NCBI GenBank assembly: GCA_031406385.1
Contig: JANOHI010000022.1
Coordinates: 1-57,702 of the forward strand
Source of the DNA: Acidimicrobiia bacterium
GTDB taxonomy: Bacteria; Actinomycetota; Acidimicrobiia; Acidimicrobiales; JANYDT01
Length of the DNA: 57,702 nt
Direction: 5' to 3'
In this document: positions 1-15,904 of the stretch, piece after piece
How positions within the stretch are numbered: position 1 is the stretch's first letter
How the letters are laid out: each line of letters opens with the position of its first letter
The notes under the pieces: generated by a model
Databases searched by the model: none
What the model was told of the DNA's origin: nothing
Seen by the model: the letters and a program-made list of their open reading frames with translations, nothing else
Translations under genes and position numbers: made by a program

Positions 1-157
1 CGAACCGGCCGTCGCTCAGGAACCCCGGGCGATGCTCTCCAAGCCAGGCCCAGAGAAACAGGCCGGTGCAAGCGATCAGGACAAGTGCGGTGTGGTGTGG
101 GTCGATCTGACCGTCGTAGGGCCACGCGTAGGGGTTAGCAGTGATCGGGGGATGCAT
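1..157 (-). CDS. partial CDS (5' end only, runs off the window edge); possibly a cysteine-hydrolase/isochorismatase-like protein
   Basis: Not in the ORF track because it is truncated. Hand translation from the ATG at 157-155 gives MHPPITANPYAWPYDGQIDPHHTALVLIACTG..., with no stop down to position 1. It lies on the same strand, 84 nt downstream of the BMP lipoprotein gene. The PYxWPYDG...TALVxI opening recalls isochorismatase-family hydrolases, but the residues that follow lack the usual DMQxDF motif, so the family call is weak. Confidence 0.3.
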   Translation of the reverse strand, partial: MHPPITANPYAWPYDGQIDPHHTALVLIACTGLFLWAWLGEHRPGFLSDGRF

Positions 158-240
158 GGGTCCTCGTTGCGTTGGCGAGAAAAGCGGTTGGGTCCGCAGG
201 GGCGAAGCCCAACCGCTTTCCAGAGTTTGCCGGAGAAGTG

Positions 241-1500
241 TCAGCCCTTCGGGATGTCGCCGACGACGCCCTTCACGAAGACCGTGTTCTTCGATTCAAC
301 CGTTGCGTAGTCGGGGACGCCGGCCGGGAACATCTCCGACCCGTCCTGGGCGAGAACTGGGCCAGTGAACGGTGAACCGTCGGCGCCCGAGATCTTCGTC
401 TTTGCCTCGTCGATGAGCGCCTTCGTGGCGTCGTCGACCATCGAGCCGAACTTCGACTGGACGAAGGGGTTGCCACCATCCTTGAAGCCGACCCGGTAGT
501 TGGCGTTGTACTTCGACCCGGTGAACTTGCCGTCGAGTGAGGTCTGCACGATGTCGCTGTAGAGGTCACCCCAGCTCCACTCGGAACCGGTGACCCAACC
601 CTTCGCGGCGAGCGTCGAGGCGTCGGCGTGGTAGCCCACGACCATCTTTCCGGCTTCTTCCGCGGCCTTGGTGATCGTGGCCGTGCAGTCCTGATGCTGG
701 GTGATCACGTCGACATCCTGGGCGAAGAGGCTCTTGGCCGCTTCGGCCTGCTTGGCCGGATCGCACCAGTTCGAGGTGTTGACCACGAGCGTCTCGACCT
801 TCGGATTGACGGAAAGCGCGCCGAGTTGAAAGGCGTTGATGTTGGCGATCGTCTGGGGGATCGGGAAGGCGTAGACGTAGCCGAGTTTGTCGGTCTTCGT
901 CGCCTTGCCGGCGGCGATACCGGCGAGGTACACCGGCTCGTACACGGTGCCGAAGTAGGTGCCGCTGTTGGCCGGCACGGCATCATTGATGAAGTTGCCC
1001 TGCTGGATCACGACGACGTCGGGGTGAGCAGCAGCGACCTTGAGGGCGGGGTCGAGGTGGCCGTACGACGTCGCAAAGATGATCTTGGCTCCGTCGGAGA
1101 TCATCTTCTCCATCACGCGGGTGGCGTTGTCGTCCTCCGGAACGTTCTCGGCGGTGAGCACTTCGAGGTCGGGGAACTTGGCGGCGACGGCCTGGCTGCC
1201 CTCGTAGGCGGCCTGGTTGTAGCCGTAGTCGTCCTTCGGTCCGACGAAGATGAACCCGACCTTCTTCGATCCGGCACCCGGACCGGTGCCGGTCGCCGCA
1301 GCAGCGGCTTCGGTCTCGGCGGCAACCGCTTCGGTCTCGGCCGCAACGGCCTCGGTCTCCGCCACGGGAGCTTCGGTTTCCGCGACAGCCGCTTCGGTCT
1401 CCACGGGCGCGGCGGTCGTGTCGGCGGAGTCGGAACTACAGCCGACGGCGAAGAGGGACAGGCTCGCCACGATGGCGGGCAACAACAAACGAGATCGCAC
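241..1500 (-). CDS. BMP-family (PnrA/Med-like) ABC transporter substrate-binding lipoprotein
   Basis: Lipoprotein signal with lipobox (LSLFAVGCSS), followed by an Ala/Glu/Thr-rich linker. The body (GFIFVGPKDDYGYNQAAYEG...IIFATSYGH...) is typical of basic-membrane-protein-type nucleoside/sugar binding proteins. It sits in an operon with matching permeases and an ATPase. Confidence 0.9.
   Translation of the reverse strand: MRSRLLLPAIVASLSLFAVGCSSDSADTTAAPVETEAAVAETEAPVAETEAVAAETEAVAAETEAAAAATGTGPGAGSKKVGFIFVGPKDDYGYNQAAYEGSQAVAAKFPDLEVLTAENVPEDDNATRVMEKMISDGAKIIFATSYGHLDPALKVAAAHPDVVVIQQGNFINDAVPANSGTYFGTVYEPVYLAGIAAGKATKTDKLGYVYAFPIPQTIANINAFQLGALSVNPKVETLVVNTSNWCDPAKQAEAAKSLFAQDVDVITQHQDCTATITKAAEEAGKMVVGYHADASTLAAKGWVTGSEWSWGDLYSDIVQTSLDGKFTGSKYNANYRVGFKDGGNPFVQSKFGSMVDDATKALIDEAKTKISGADGSPFTGPVLAQDGSEMFPAGVPDYATVESKNTVFVKGVVGDIPKG
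1307..1411 (-). repeat. five tandem 21-bp in-frame repeats encoding the ETEAxxA heptad linker of the lipoprotein
   Basis: The units gcttcggtctcggcggcaacc / gcttcggtctcggccgcaacg / gcctcggtctccgccacggga / gcttcggtttccgcgacagcc / gcttcggtctccacgggcgcg lie back to back. The protein reads VETEAAVAETEAPVAETEAVAAETEAVAAETEAAAA. Confidence 0.9.
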
Positions 1501-1549
1501 AGGATCCTCCAGGGGTGGTTGGTGTGGTTGATGAATCGGGAAACGTGCG

Positions 1550-2467
1550 TCAGCCCGAGGGTGATGCTTGGAAGACCTTGGAAAGGCCTTCCGGGAGATC
1601 GGCGTTGCGACGCCGTCCGAGGACGATCAGCACGATCAACGTGGTCAGGTACGGAACGGCATCGAGTGCGAACTGATTGATGCCGTAGCCCCGGGCTTGC
1701 AACGCCGGGGACAACGCGAGGGCGGCGCCGAACAGGTAGGCGCCTCCGGCGACTTTGAACGGCTGTCGAGCGGCGAACATCACGACCGCGACGGCGACGA
1801 AACCGCGGCCCTGGGCCATGTTCTCGAACCATGCCTTCGTGTATGCAGTCGAGAGGTGCACACCGCCGATCCCGGCGAGCATGCCGCCGGCGACCACCGC
1901 GGCGTACTGCACGGGAAGCACGCGTCGGCCATTGGCTAGGAGCACTTCGGTCCGCTCACCGGAAGCCCGCAGGATGACACCCCAGCGGCTTCGGCTGATG
2001 AACCACCACAACGCCGGCACCATGACATACGAGAGATACACGAGTGGGTCCTGCCGGAACAGGATCTCGCCGACCACAGGGATGCTGCCCACCACCGGGA
2101 TCTCGACAGCCCGGAACGTCGGGGCGAGGGCTTGGACGTACGAAACCCCGAACAGTGATGTGAGGCCAAGGCCGAGGAACAAGATGACGAGACCGGTGGC
2201 CAGCTGGTTGCCCCCACGGTGCAACACGATGAACGCATGGACGAGGGCGAGAAGACCACCGGCAAAGGCTCCTGCGAGAACGCCGAGCCACGGATGGCCG
2301 GTCTCCGCAGCAATGGCGTAGCCCGCTAACGCTCCGGCAAGAATCGAACCTTCGGTTCCGAGGTTCACCACGCCGGCCCGCTCGGAGACGGATTCGCCCA
2401 GCGCCGCGTAGAGAATGGAGGTGCCGCCGCGCACGCCGCCGGTGAGCACTTCGACGAACATGCTCAT
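1550..2467 (-). CDS. ABC transporter permease (BMP/simple-sugar type, BPD_transp_2-like)
   Basis: A 305-aa, highly hydrophobic multi-pass protein. Its start overlaps the upstream permease stop by 4 nt (2464-2467). Confidence 0.88.
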   Translation of the reverse strand: MSMFVEVLTGGVRGGTSILYAALGESVSERAGVVNLGTEGSILAGALAGYAIAAETGHPWLGVLAGAFAGGLLALVHAFIVLHRGGNQLATGLVILFLGLGLTSLFGVSYVQALAPTFRAVEIPVVGSIPVVGEILFRQDPLVYLSYVMVPALWWFISRSRWGVILRASGERTEVLLANGRRVLPVQYAAVVAGGMLAGIGGVHLSTAYTKAWFENMAQGRGFVAVAVVMFAARQPFKVAGGAYLFGAALALSPALQARGYGINQFALDAVPYLTTLIVLIVLGRRRNADLPEGLSKVFQASPSG

Positions 2468-3543
2468 GATTTCGCCTCCCGTTTCGAAAAGCCGAAGACC
2501 CCGAGCAGGACCAACGCCATCAGTACGTTCACGCTTGCCGCCGGGAGTTTCGAATCGAGTTGCAAGCTGTCACCGCTGATGGCGATGCTCGAGAGCAACA
2601 CGCATGCGAGCATCACCCCGATGGGTCGGTGACGGGCCAGCCACGAGGCAAGGAAGGCCACGTAGCCGTAGCCGAACAGGAACCCGGAGCGAAGTTTGAA
2701 CTCGGCTCCGGCGAGCTGCGTGAATCCACCGAGGCCGGCGAGTGCGCCACCGGTGAGCATCGAACTGATGATCAGCGCACGCACGTTCAGTCCGGCACGT
2801 CGCGCCGCCTCGGTGTTGCCGCCGACGACACGAAGTCGGAAACCCCACGAGGTGCCGCGGAATACGGCGTAGACAACGAACGTCGCGACCACCGCGATGA
2901 GCAGGCCAAGGTGCACGCGTGTGTTGCCCCACAGCGGCAGTTGTTCACCGGGGCTGACGGCGCGGGTGGCGGGCTGTCCCGAGCCCTTTCGATCTTTCCA
3001 GCGGTCGTAGATGAGGAAGAACATCACGTCGATGGCGATGTAGTTGAGGAGCAGGGTCGTGACGGACTCGGCGATCCCGACGGTGATCCGCAGGACAGCG
3101 GCGAGCGCTGCCCACAGCCCACCGGCGATCGCTGCGGCGAGGCCCATCAGGATCAGAGCGATCGGTCCGGACACCCTGCCGTCGGCGGCGAGCGAGACGC
3201 CCATCGCCGCGACCCCGCCGATGATCAACTGCCCTTCGCCGCCCACGTTGATCAGTCCAGCTCGGGCGGGGATGGCCACCGCCAGCGAGGCGAGAATGAG
3301 CGGCGTCGCTCGCACCAGGATGCCGGCGATCTGCGACGAATCACCGAACGTCGAGGTGACCATATCCTTGTAGGCGGTGACGGGGTTCACGCCTTTGATG
3401 ACCATGAGGACCGCGAACAGAGCGAGCGCGGCCGCCAAGGCGACGAGCAGCCGTCCGACGCCGCGAGCGGCCGCCAATCGCTGGGCAAGCGTGGCTCTGG
3501 CTGCGGATCCGGTCGGATCGGCGATCGGAGCGGTCGCGCTCAT
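2464..3543 (-). CDS. ABC transporter permease (BMP/simple-sugar type)
   Basis: A 359-aa multi-pass membrane protein. Its start overlaps the ATPase gene stop by 4 nt (3540-3543). Confidence 0.88.
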   Translation of the reverse strand: MSATAPIADPTGSAARATLAQRLAAARGVGRLLVALAAALALFAVLMVIKGVNPVTAYKDMVTSTFGDSSQIAGILVRATPLILASLAVAIPARAGLINVGGEGQLIIGGVAAMGVSLAADGRVSGPIALILMGLAAAIAGGLWAALAAVLRITVGIAESVTTLLLNYIAIDVMFFLIYDRWKDRKGSGQPATRAVSPGEQLPLWGNTRVHLGLLIAVVATFVVYAVFRGTSWGFRLRVVGGNTEAARRAGLNVRALIISSMLTGGALAGLGGFTQLAGAEFKLRSGFLFGYGYVAFLASWLARHRPIGVMLACVLLSSIAISGDSLQLDSKLPAASVNVLMALVLLGVFGFSKREAKS

Positions 3544-5117
3544 GCGCCGACTCCCACGCGCTCGGGTTCGTCCATCGGGGCCGTTGTGCCGTCGCCGCCG
3601 AGCATGAGGCTGCCGACCTCGTAGCGATCCGAGTCGGCAGGGCGGACGATTCCCGTTACCTCGCCGGCGTGCAGCACGACGATCCGGTCGGAGAGTTCGA
3701 ACAACTCGTCGAGGTCTTCGGAGATGAGGAGCACCCCGCAGCCGGCGGCTCGTCGTTCGAGCAGGATCTCCTGGGTTCGGCGAGTCGTGGCGATGTCGAG
3801 CCCACGGCTCGGATACGCGGCAACGATCAACGACGCGGTCTCCTTGCTCAGCGCGCGTACGAGCATCACACGTTGGATATTTCCTCCCGAGAGCGATTGG
3901 AGACGACGGTGGCCTGCGGCGGCGCGCAGTCCTGTCGTCTCGTTGCCGGCGGCGAACCTGGCTGCGACCTTGGGCCAGTTGAGCCCCAACCCGCGGCGCA
4001 CGCCCCGGAGGTCGTCGAGTGCGGCGTGCTCGTTCACGGTGAGCCCGGGGACCACGGCGTCGGTGATCGGATCCTCGGGCACGCCGATGCCGCCGGCGTG
4101 CAATACCTCGGCCGGGCTGAGCTTCGTGAGTTGCGAACCTCCGATGGAGATGGTTCCCGACGTCGGCGGTCGAAGACCGAGTGCCACCTCGTAGAGCGGA
4201 AGCTGACCGTTCCCGGCAACTCCGGCGATGCCGACAAGCTCACCCGGGGCAACGTCGAAACTGACATCGTCGAGCAACACGCCACGACGGTGATCGCGAA
4301 TCGACACCGAACGGAGCGAAAGTGCCGGCGGTCGGTTTATCGAAACGGGGGATCGTTCCGACTGCAGCGGCATTACGGCGCGTCCGACCATCGCCTCGAT
4401 GAGCTCGGAGTCGGAAAGCGTCGATGGCTCGACCGAATCCAGTATCTGCTTGCCTCCTCGGAGAACAGTCACTCGATCGGAGATCGAGCGTGATTCGGCG
4501 AGCTTGTGGGTGATCACCACGACGGACAGACCCTGCGCACGCAACGACCGCAGCCCTTCGAAGAGCCGGTCGACTTCCTGCGGCGCAAGGACACTGGTCG
4601 GCTCATCGAGGATGACCAACCGTGCCCCGGTCAGGAGGACCTTCAAGATCTCGACTCGCTGGCGCTCGCCGATCGACAGGTCACGAACGATCGCGTTGGG
4701 GTGAACGGCGAGTCCGAAGCGTTCACCGGCGTCGGCGATCTTCGATGACAGCGCTCGACGGTTCAGGCGGATCCCCTTCAGCGGCAGGGCCAGCGAAATG
4801 TTCTCCGTGACCGAAAGGGCAGGGACGAGGCGCAGGTCCTGGAATACCATGCCGATGCCGTTGCTTCTCGCCACGAGCGGGCTGGTTACCTCGACCGAGG
4901 AGCCGTCGACATGAATCGTTCCGCTGTCGGCGGGGTAGAGGCCGTAGATGACCTTCATCAGCGTCGACTTGCCGGCCCCGTTCTCTCCCAGCACGGCGTG
5001 CACCTCGCCGTGCTGCACTGTGAGGTCCACGTTGTCGTTGGCCACGATCTCGCCGAATCGCTTGACGATCCCCTTGGCGCGAAGCAGGGGAGCCGTCGAT
5101 CTATTGGGAGCGTTCAT
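3540..5117 (-). CDS. ABC transporter ATP-binding protein with duplicated nucleotide-binding domains
   Basis: Walker A is GENGAGKST, the first signature is [13 protein letters not shown], Walker B is LVILDEPT, and the second signature is [13 protein letters not shown]. The 525-aa size fits fused-NBD sugar/nucleoside importers. The start overlaps the GntR gene stop by 4 nt. Confidence 0.92.
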   Translation of the reverse strand: MNAPNRSTAPLLRAKGIVKRFGEIVANDNVDLTVQHGEVHAVLGENGAGKSTLMKVIYGLYPADSGTIHVDGSSVEVTSPLVARSNGIGMVFQDLRLVPALSVTENISLALPLKGIRLNRRALSSKIADAGERFGLAVHPNAIVRDLSIGERQRVEILKVLLTGARLVILDEPTSVLAPQEVDRLFEGLRSLRAQGLSVVVITHKLAESRSISDRVTVLRGGKQILDSVEPSTLSDSELIEAMVGRAVMPLQSERSPVSINRPPALSLRSVSIRDHRRGVLLDDVSFDVAPGELVGIAGVAGNGQLPLYEVALGLRPPTSGTISIGGSQLTKLSPAEVLHAGGIGVPEDPITDAVVPGLTVNEHAALDDLRGVRRGLGLNWPKVAARFAAGNETTGLRAAAGHRRLQSLSGGNIQRVMLVRALSKETASLIVAAYPSRGLDIATTRRTQEILLERRAAGCGVLLISEDLDELFELSDRIVVLHAGEVTGIVRPADSDRYEVGSLMLGGDGTTAPMDEPERVGVGA

Positions 5118-5815
5118 CGACGGATCCCTCGGGCCATGCGGGCGAGTGCCTGGCCCGACCGTTCCTCGACCACGGCGAGCGACACGGCAAGGTGGGCGGT
5201 GAACGCGCTCTCGGCGTTGAGGACGTCCCCAGCGAGGACGAGTTCGGCGATGGCGAGGTGTTCGCTGATCGTTGCGTCGATGCGCTCGGGGATCAGGAAG
5301 TCGTGCATCCGGACGATGCGGATCCGTTCGTTCACCTGGCGCAGGAGGTCGGTGGCCGCCCGATTCCCCGACGCGCTCATCAACGTCACGTGGAAGGACT
5401 CGTCGATAAGAACGAAGTCCGGGTCGGCCGGTGGCAGTTCGCCGTCGCGCATGGCCCGCCAGCGATCTCGCAATGGCTCGATGATCGCCGGGTCGTGTCG
5501 CGTCCCGAGCCGAGCCGGGCGTTGGAGTGCCTGCAGCTCGAGCCCGGAGCGGATCTCGTAGAGCTCGCGCATCACGGTCGTGTCCGGCACGCTCGGCTGG
5601 AAGCCACCCTCGGGGTGCGGCTCGATCAAGGATTCGGCGGCGAGGCGCTGAATCGCCTCTCTGACGGGGGTCCGCGAAAGCCCGAGAGTGGCGGCGAGGC
5701 GGGTTTCGCTCAGGCGGACGTTGAGCGGGAAGTCTCCGCGTAGCAGCTGGGCCTTGAGCTGGAGGTACGCGTCGGCACCACGTCGGACCGGTGCCGTATC
5801 CAGGGCGGTATACAC
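5114..5815 (-). CDS. GntR-family (FadR/FCD-type) transcriptional regulator
   Basis: The winged HTH reads [30 protein letters not shown], followed by a helical C-terminal FCD-like domain. The ORF track extends to 5971. I place the start at the in-frame GTG at 5815-5813 (V53 of the track protein) because the upstream 52 codons look non-protein-like. The start remains uncertain. Confidence 0.75.
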   Translation of the reverse strand: MYTALDTAPVRRGADAYLQLKAQLLRGDFPLNVRLSETRLAATLGLSRTPVREAIQRLAAESLIEPHPEGGFQPSVPDTTVMRELYEIRSGLELQALQRPARLGTRHDPAIIEPLRDRWRAMRDGELPPADPDFVLIDESFHVTLMSASGNRAATDLLRQVNERIRIVRMHDFLIPERIDATISEHLAIAELVLAGDVLNAESAFTAHLAVSLAVVEERSGQALARMARGIRR

Positions 5816-6062
5816 GCCTGGAACCGTAGGGACCTGGGGTTTCCCGGCAATACCGTCGATATGAACACTGCGTTTCCAGCCCGTTCGGCAGCGAGCGGCG
5901 GGGCTCGTTCGCTCGCGAAGTTCGGGGTTTGCGTTGCTCTCAGAGGTTCCATGCCGCTGGCGCAGCACCACGACGTGATGAGAATGGCCGGACGCGTCTC
6001 GCGTTTCCCCTGGTCAGCGCGTGGCGCCGTTCTATTCTCCTTACAGCAACTCAAGCCCCGAA

Positions 6063-7775
6063 CTACGACAGGTCGTGAGCTTCGAAGACGGGTGTGGGGC
6101 GGGCCATGCCCTTCAACTCGACTTCTCCGATGCGGTCGGCCCGCAAGGCGTCCCCGAGCATGGCGACGACGCGATCGGACACCAGGATCTGCCCGCCCCT
6201 GGCCTCGCCGCACAGGCGCGCCGCGAGATTCACCACGCTGCCGATGGCGGTGTATTCAAAGCGGCCTTCGAACCCGATCTGTCCGCAGGTGGCGTACCCC
6301 GCGGCCACACCGACTCCGAGGGTGAGGTCGTGGCCGCGCGTCTTCCATCGCTCCGACAGCCGACCCACCCGTTCACGCATGCCGATGGCCAACGTGATGG
6401 CACGGCGCGCCGGGTCGTCGCATGGAATCGGGTCGTTGAAGAACACCATCATGCCATCGCCGGTGAACTGGCTCAGGGTGCCGCCCTGCTCGAAGATAAG
6501 TGGACCTACGGCATCGTGCATCTCGCGCAACACCTCCATCACGTCCTCCGGCTCTGAGCGTTCGGCGAAGGACGTGAAGCCACGGAGGTCGCAGAACAAC
6601 GCGGTGATGTCGCGACGATGGCTCTTGAGCAGATCCACTCCGCCTGCCGCGATCACCTCCATCAGTTGCGGGGGGACGAAGCGCTGCATGAGGTTGAGTT
6701 GTTCGACCTTGCGCACCTGGTCGGCGACGCGCGCTTCCAGCTGTTGATTCCATGTGTGGAGTTCGGCGGCCTGCGCCTCGACCTGTGCGAGGAGTGCCTG
6801 TTCGCCGTCGCGCAGTCGCTTTTTCTCCACGCACGCACCGACGCGAGCCTTGAGGAGCACCGGGTCAAACGGCTTGGGAAGGTAGTCCTCGGCCCCGGCC
6901 TCGATACACCGCACGATGCTCGCCATGTCGTCGAGGGCCGAGATCATGATGACGGGGATGTGGCGGATCGCCGGGTCGTTGCGGTGCCGTTCGAGCACGG
7001 CGAACCCGTCCATGCGGGGCATCATCACGTCGAGCAGCACGAGATCGATCCCGGAGTCGGGCTCGGCGAGACGTTCGAGGGCTTCGATGCCGTCGCGGGC
7101 CTCGATGACGCCGTAGCCGAGCCGCTGCAGCCGTCGGCCCAGGACGTCTCGGTTCGCCTCGTCGTCGTCGACCACCAGGACCATCTCCAGCCGACCGGCC
7201 GCGGCCTCGGGTGTGCTTCCGGTGTCGCGGCTGACGAGAAGAGGGCCGCTGGTGAGCCGGGTGGCCAGCTCGCCGAGACGCGCTGTGGCCGAGGCGAGGC
7301 GTTCGAGGTCGGCGACGGGCAGGGCCCCGGGCTCGGCGAGAAGCGCCTTGGTCATGGTCGTCAGCTCATCGACCCTGTTCGTAAGCGTGCTTATGGCCTC
7401 AGTGGCCGCGGTGCCGACCGACTCGCCGTCCTCGGCGATGAGGCCGGGCACGAGTTCCAGCACGAGCCGCGCGGTGGCCCGGACGGCGTCGAGCTGTTGT
7501 GTCGTTGCGGCCGTGATGCCGTCTTCTTCGAGGAGGAGCTCGGAATAGCCGATCAGGTGGTTGACGGGCGTTCGCAGCTCGTGGCGCAGTTCCCGGATCT
7601 CGTCCGGAGTCATGGTTTGGTGGGTGGCGTCGTGAGGGGTCCGGCGGTGCTGGAGCAGCGAAGCGGAGGCGCATCGCGCCGTAGTGGCGAAGTCATGGTT
7701 TGGTGGGTTGTTCGGTGAGCGCGCTGGTGTCGCGAGCGCTGGCGCCGGGTTCATCTGCGGTGTCACGCCGAGCAC
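6063..7775 (-). CDS. H-box (HisKA-like, no ATPase domain) + receiver + coiled coil + class III adenylate/guanylate cyclase
   Basis: N-terminal H-box: RHELRTPVNHLIGYSELLLEE (His codon 7581-7583) followed by about 110 helical residues with no HATPase_c. Receiver: MVLVVDDDEANR...LVLLDVMMPRMDG...DYLPKPF. Cyclase: FCDLRGFTSF...FTGDGMMVFFNDP...VVNLAARL. An alternative start is the ATG at 7613 (MTPDEIREL). Confidence 0.85.
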   Translation of the reverse strand: MLGVTPQMNPAPALATPARSPNNPPNHDFATTARCASASLLQHRRTPHDATHQTMTPDEIRELRHELRTPVNHLIGYSELLLEEDGITAATTQQLDAVRATARLVLELVPGLIAEDGESVGTAATEAISTLTNRVDELTTMTKALLAEPGALPVADLERLASATARLGELATRLTSGPLLVSRDTGSTPEAAAGRLEMVLVVDDDEANRDVLGRRLQRLGYGVIEARDGIEALERLAEPDSGIDLVLLDVMMPRMDGFAVLERHRNDPAIRHIPVIMISALDDMASIVRCIEAGAEDYLPKPFDPVLLKARVGACVEKKRLRDGEQALLAQVEAQAAELHTWNQQLEARVADQVRKVEQLNLMQRFVPPQLMEVIAAGGVDLLKSHRRDITALFCDLRGFTSFAERSEPEDVMEVLREMHDAVGPLIFEQGGTLSQFTGDGMMVFFNDPIPCDDPARRAITLAIGMRERVGRLSERWKTRGHDLTLGVGVAAGYATCGQIGFEGRFEYTAIGSVVNLAARLCGEARGGQILVSDRVVAMLGDALRADRIGEVELKGMARPTPVFEAHDLS

Positions 7776-7781
7776 TCGACC

Positions 7782-8162
7782 TCATGGCGCGACCGGCTCG
7801 GTGACTCCGAGTGCAGCCATCTTCGCCAGTAGTCGGGGGAGGTCGACCGGCTTGGTGTCGTAGTCGTCGCAGCCCGCCTCCATCGCCTTCTCCCGATCGC
7901 CGGGCATGGAATGAGCCGTGAGGGCGATGACCGGGATGGCCTCGGTGGAGGCGTCGGCCCGAACCGCCCGGGTGGCCTCCCAGCCGTTCATGATCGGCAG
8001 GCTCATGTCCATCAGGATGAGGTCGGGACGCTCCGTCTTCGACATGGCCACGCCCTCGGCTCCGTCGACGGCCATCACCACCGTGAACCCGCGCCGCTCC
8101 AGCCGCCGCGACAGCATGTCGCGGTTCATCTCGTTGTCCTCGACGATCAAGATCTTCGGCAT
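7782..8162 (-). CDS. single-domain response regulator (CheY-like receiver)
   Basis: Receiver motifs: MPKILIVEDNEMNRDML...LILMDMSLPIMNG...ALTAH...DYDTKP. I use the ATG at 8162 rather than the track start at 8180. The stop lies 6 nt upstream of the cyclase ORF start. Confidence 0.85.
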   Translation of the reverse strand: MPKILIVEDNEMNRDMLSRRLERRGFTVVMAVDGAEGVAMSKTERPDLILMDMSLPIMNGWEATRAVRADASTEAIPVIALTAHSMPGDREKAMEAGCDDYDTKPVDLPRLLAKMAALGVTEPVAP

Positions 8163-8197
8163 CGCCCTTGAGTAAACCACCTCCCGGGTCGGGGTTT

Positions 8198-8240
8198 GGA
8201 AGATTCGTGGCGCTGGGCGCTACAAATCCTCCGAACCCTC
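8198..8240. repeat. left copy of a 43-nt direct repeat bracketing the DUF559-like gene of module 1
   Basis: ggaagattcgtggcgctgggcgctacaaatcctccgaaccctc matches 9226-9268 at 34/43 positions without gaps (hand count). The stop codon (cta on the plus strand) sits at the same offset in both copies. Confidence 0.75.
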
Positions 8241-9173
8241 AGCCAAGAGACGCCGCAGTGCGACGACCGTGCGGCGGAACGAGGCTCGATTCACCAGATC
8301 CCGGTCGGTCGCTTCGACGACTCGCCAGCGATGTGCAACGAGCAGGCGCCGCCGCTCGGCGTCGCGCTCCTGCGTGCGGCGGGACCCGTGGGTGAAGAAG
8401 GGGCTGACCTCAAGCGCCAACCGATCGTCATCCCAGGCAAAGTCAACCTCGACCACCTTCCCGCCACCGACCGGCACCCTGTAGTTGCGTTTCCACCCGC
8501 CCAGCCCGGCATCGTCGAGCCATCGACCGACGGTCTGCTCCTTGCCGCTTCGGTGGCCGATGCCAGTCGATCGGGCGTCGAGCAACCCGACGAGAAGCCG
8601 TCGGTTTCGAATCGACGATGGCGCTACGGATTCCAGCGCGGAACGAAGGGTCTCGACGCTGACCAGGCGATGGGCGAGGCAGTGGTCAAGGCACCGCTCG
8701 ACGACGGCCGCGTCGACGAACCGAGGGAGCAGGAGCAGCGTCGAGGCGGGCGTGGCCACATGGGTCGTCATCCATGACTGCCGCTGTGTTGAGCTCTGAC
8801 GTATGGTGGCGATCCCACGCAAGGTCACCCTCTGGTCGGTCGGAATGCTCAGCAGCTTCGGTGCGTCGGGATGCAGGAATCGCTGAGGTAGGGGCATCTG
8901 GTGGACGACGGCGGCGGAGACTCCGGCGATCGTCGAGCCAGGCACCGCAAGAGATGCTGCGAGGATGCCTTGCCTCGCACTCGGTGGCACGGCGGCGAGG
9001 CGCATCACGCCCGTATGGACGGGGACGAGCAGTCCGGCCTGTTGACGGCGGGAAAGCGCCGACCTGTCGATTCCGCGCTGCAACGCCTGGTCGACGGAGA
9101 TCAGACCCAGCTGGCGACGAGCAACGCGGTGCAGCAACTCGTCGATCTCGAAGGTGGAGTGAGCGCCTCGCAT
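8220..9173 (-). CDS. AbiEi-like winged-helix N-terminal domain + DUF559/Vsr-like C-terminal domain protein
   Basis: The N-terminus (LGLISVDQALQRGIDRSALSRRQQAGLLVPVHTGV) resembles AbiEi_4-type wHTH domains. The C-terminus (VVEVDFAWDDDRLALEVSPFFTHGSRRTQERDAERRRLLVAHRWRVVEAT) resembles DUF559/very-short-patch-repair-endonuclease-like folds. It is a paralog of 21611..22555. Confidence 0.7.
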   Translation of the reverse strand: MRGAHSTFEIDELLHRVARRQLGLISVDQALQRGIDRSALSRRQQAGLLVPVHTGVMRLAAVPPSARQGILAASLAVPGSTIAGVSAAVVHQMPLPQRFLHPDAPKLLSIPTDQRVTLRGIATIRQSSTQRQSWMTTHVATPASTLLLLPRFVDAAVVERCLDHCLAHRLVSVETLRSALESVAPSSIRNRRLLVGLLDARSTGIGHRSGKEQTVGRWLDDAGLGGWKRNYRVPVGGGKVVEVDFAWDDDRLALEVSPFFTHGSRRTQERDAERRRLLVAHRWRVVEATDRDLVNRASFRRTVVALRRLLAEGSEDL

Positions 9174-9225
9174 GGCCGCCCACTCTTGCGGCAGCGGTGT
9201 GACACTTCCGGCAGGCCGAGGATTC

Positions 9226-9247
9226 GGAAGTTTCGTAGCTCCCAGCG

Positions 9248-9268
<21 letters not shown>
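9226..9268. repeat. right copy of the 43-nt direct repeat (covers the last codons and stop of kinase 1)
   Basis: The sequence is ggaagtttcgtagctcccagcgctacaaatgttccaaaccctc (see 8198..8240). Kinase 1 ends ...EGLEHL* and the DUF559-like protein ends ...EGSEDL*. Confidence 0.75.
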
Positions 9269-15850
<6,582 letters not shown>

Positions 15851-15904
15851 TCGGGTCCTTCGTGGGTCCGAACTTCCGGTGGGGACCTTTGTCCACCAAC
15901 TTGC

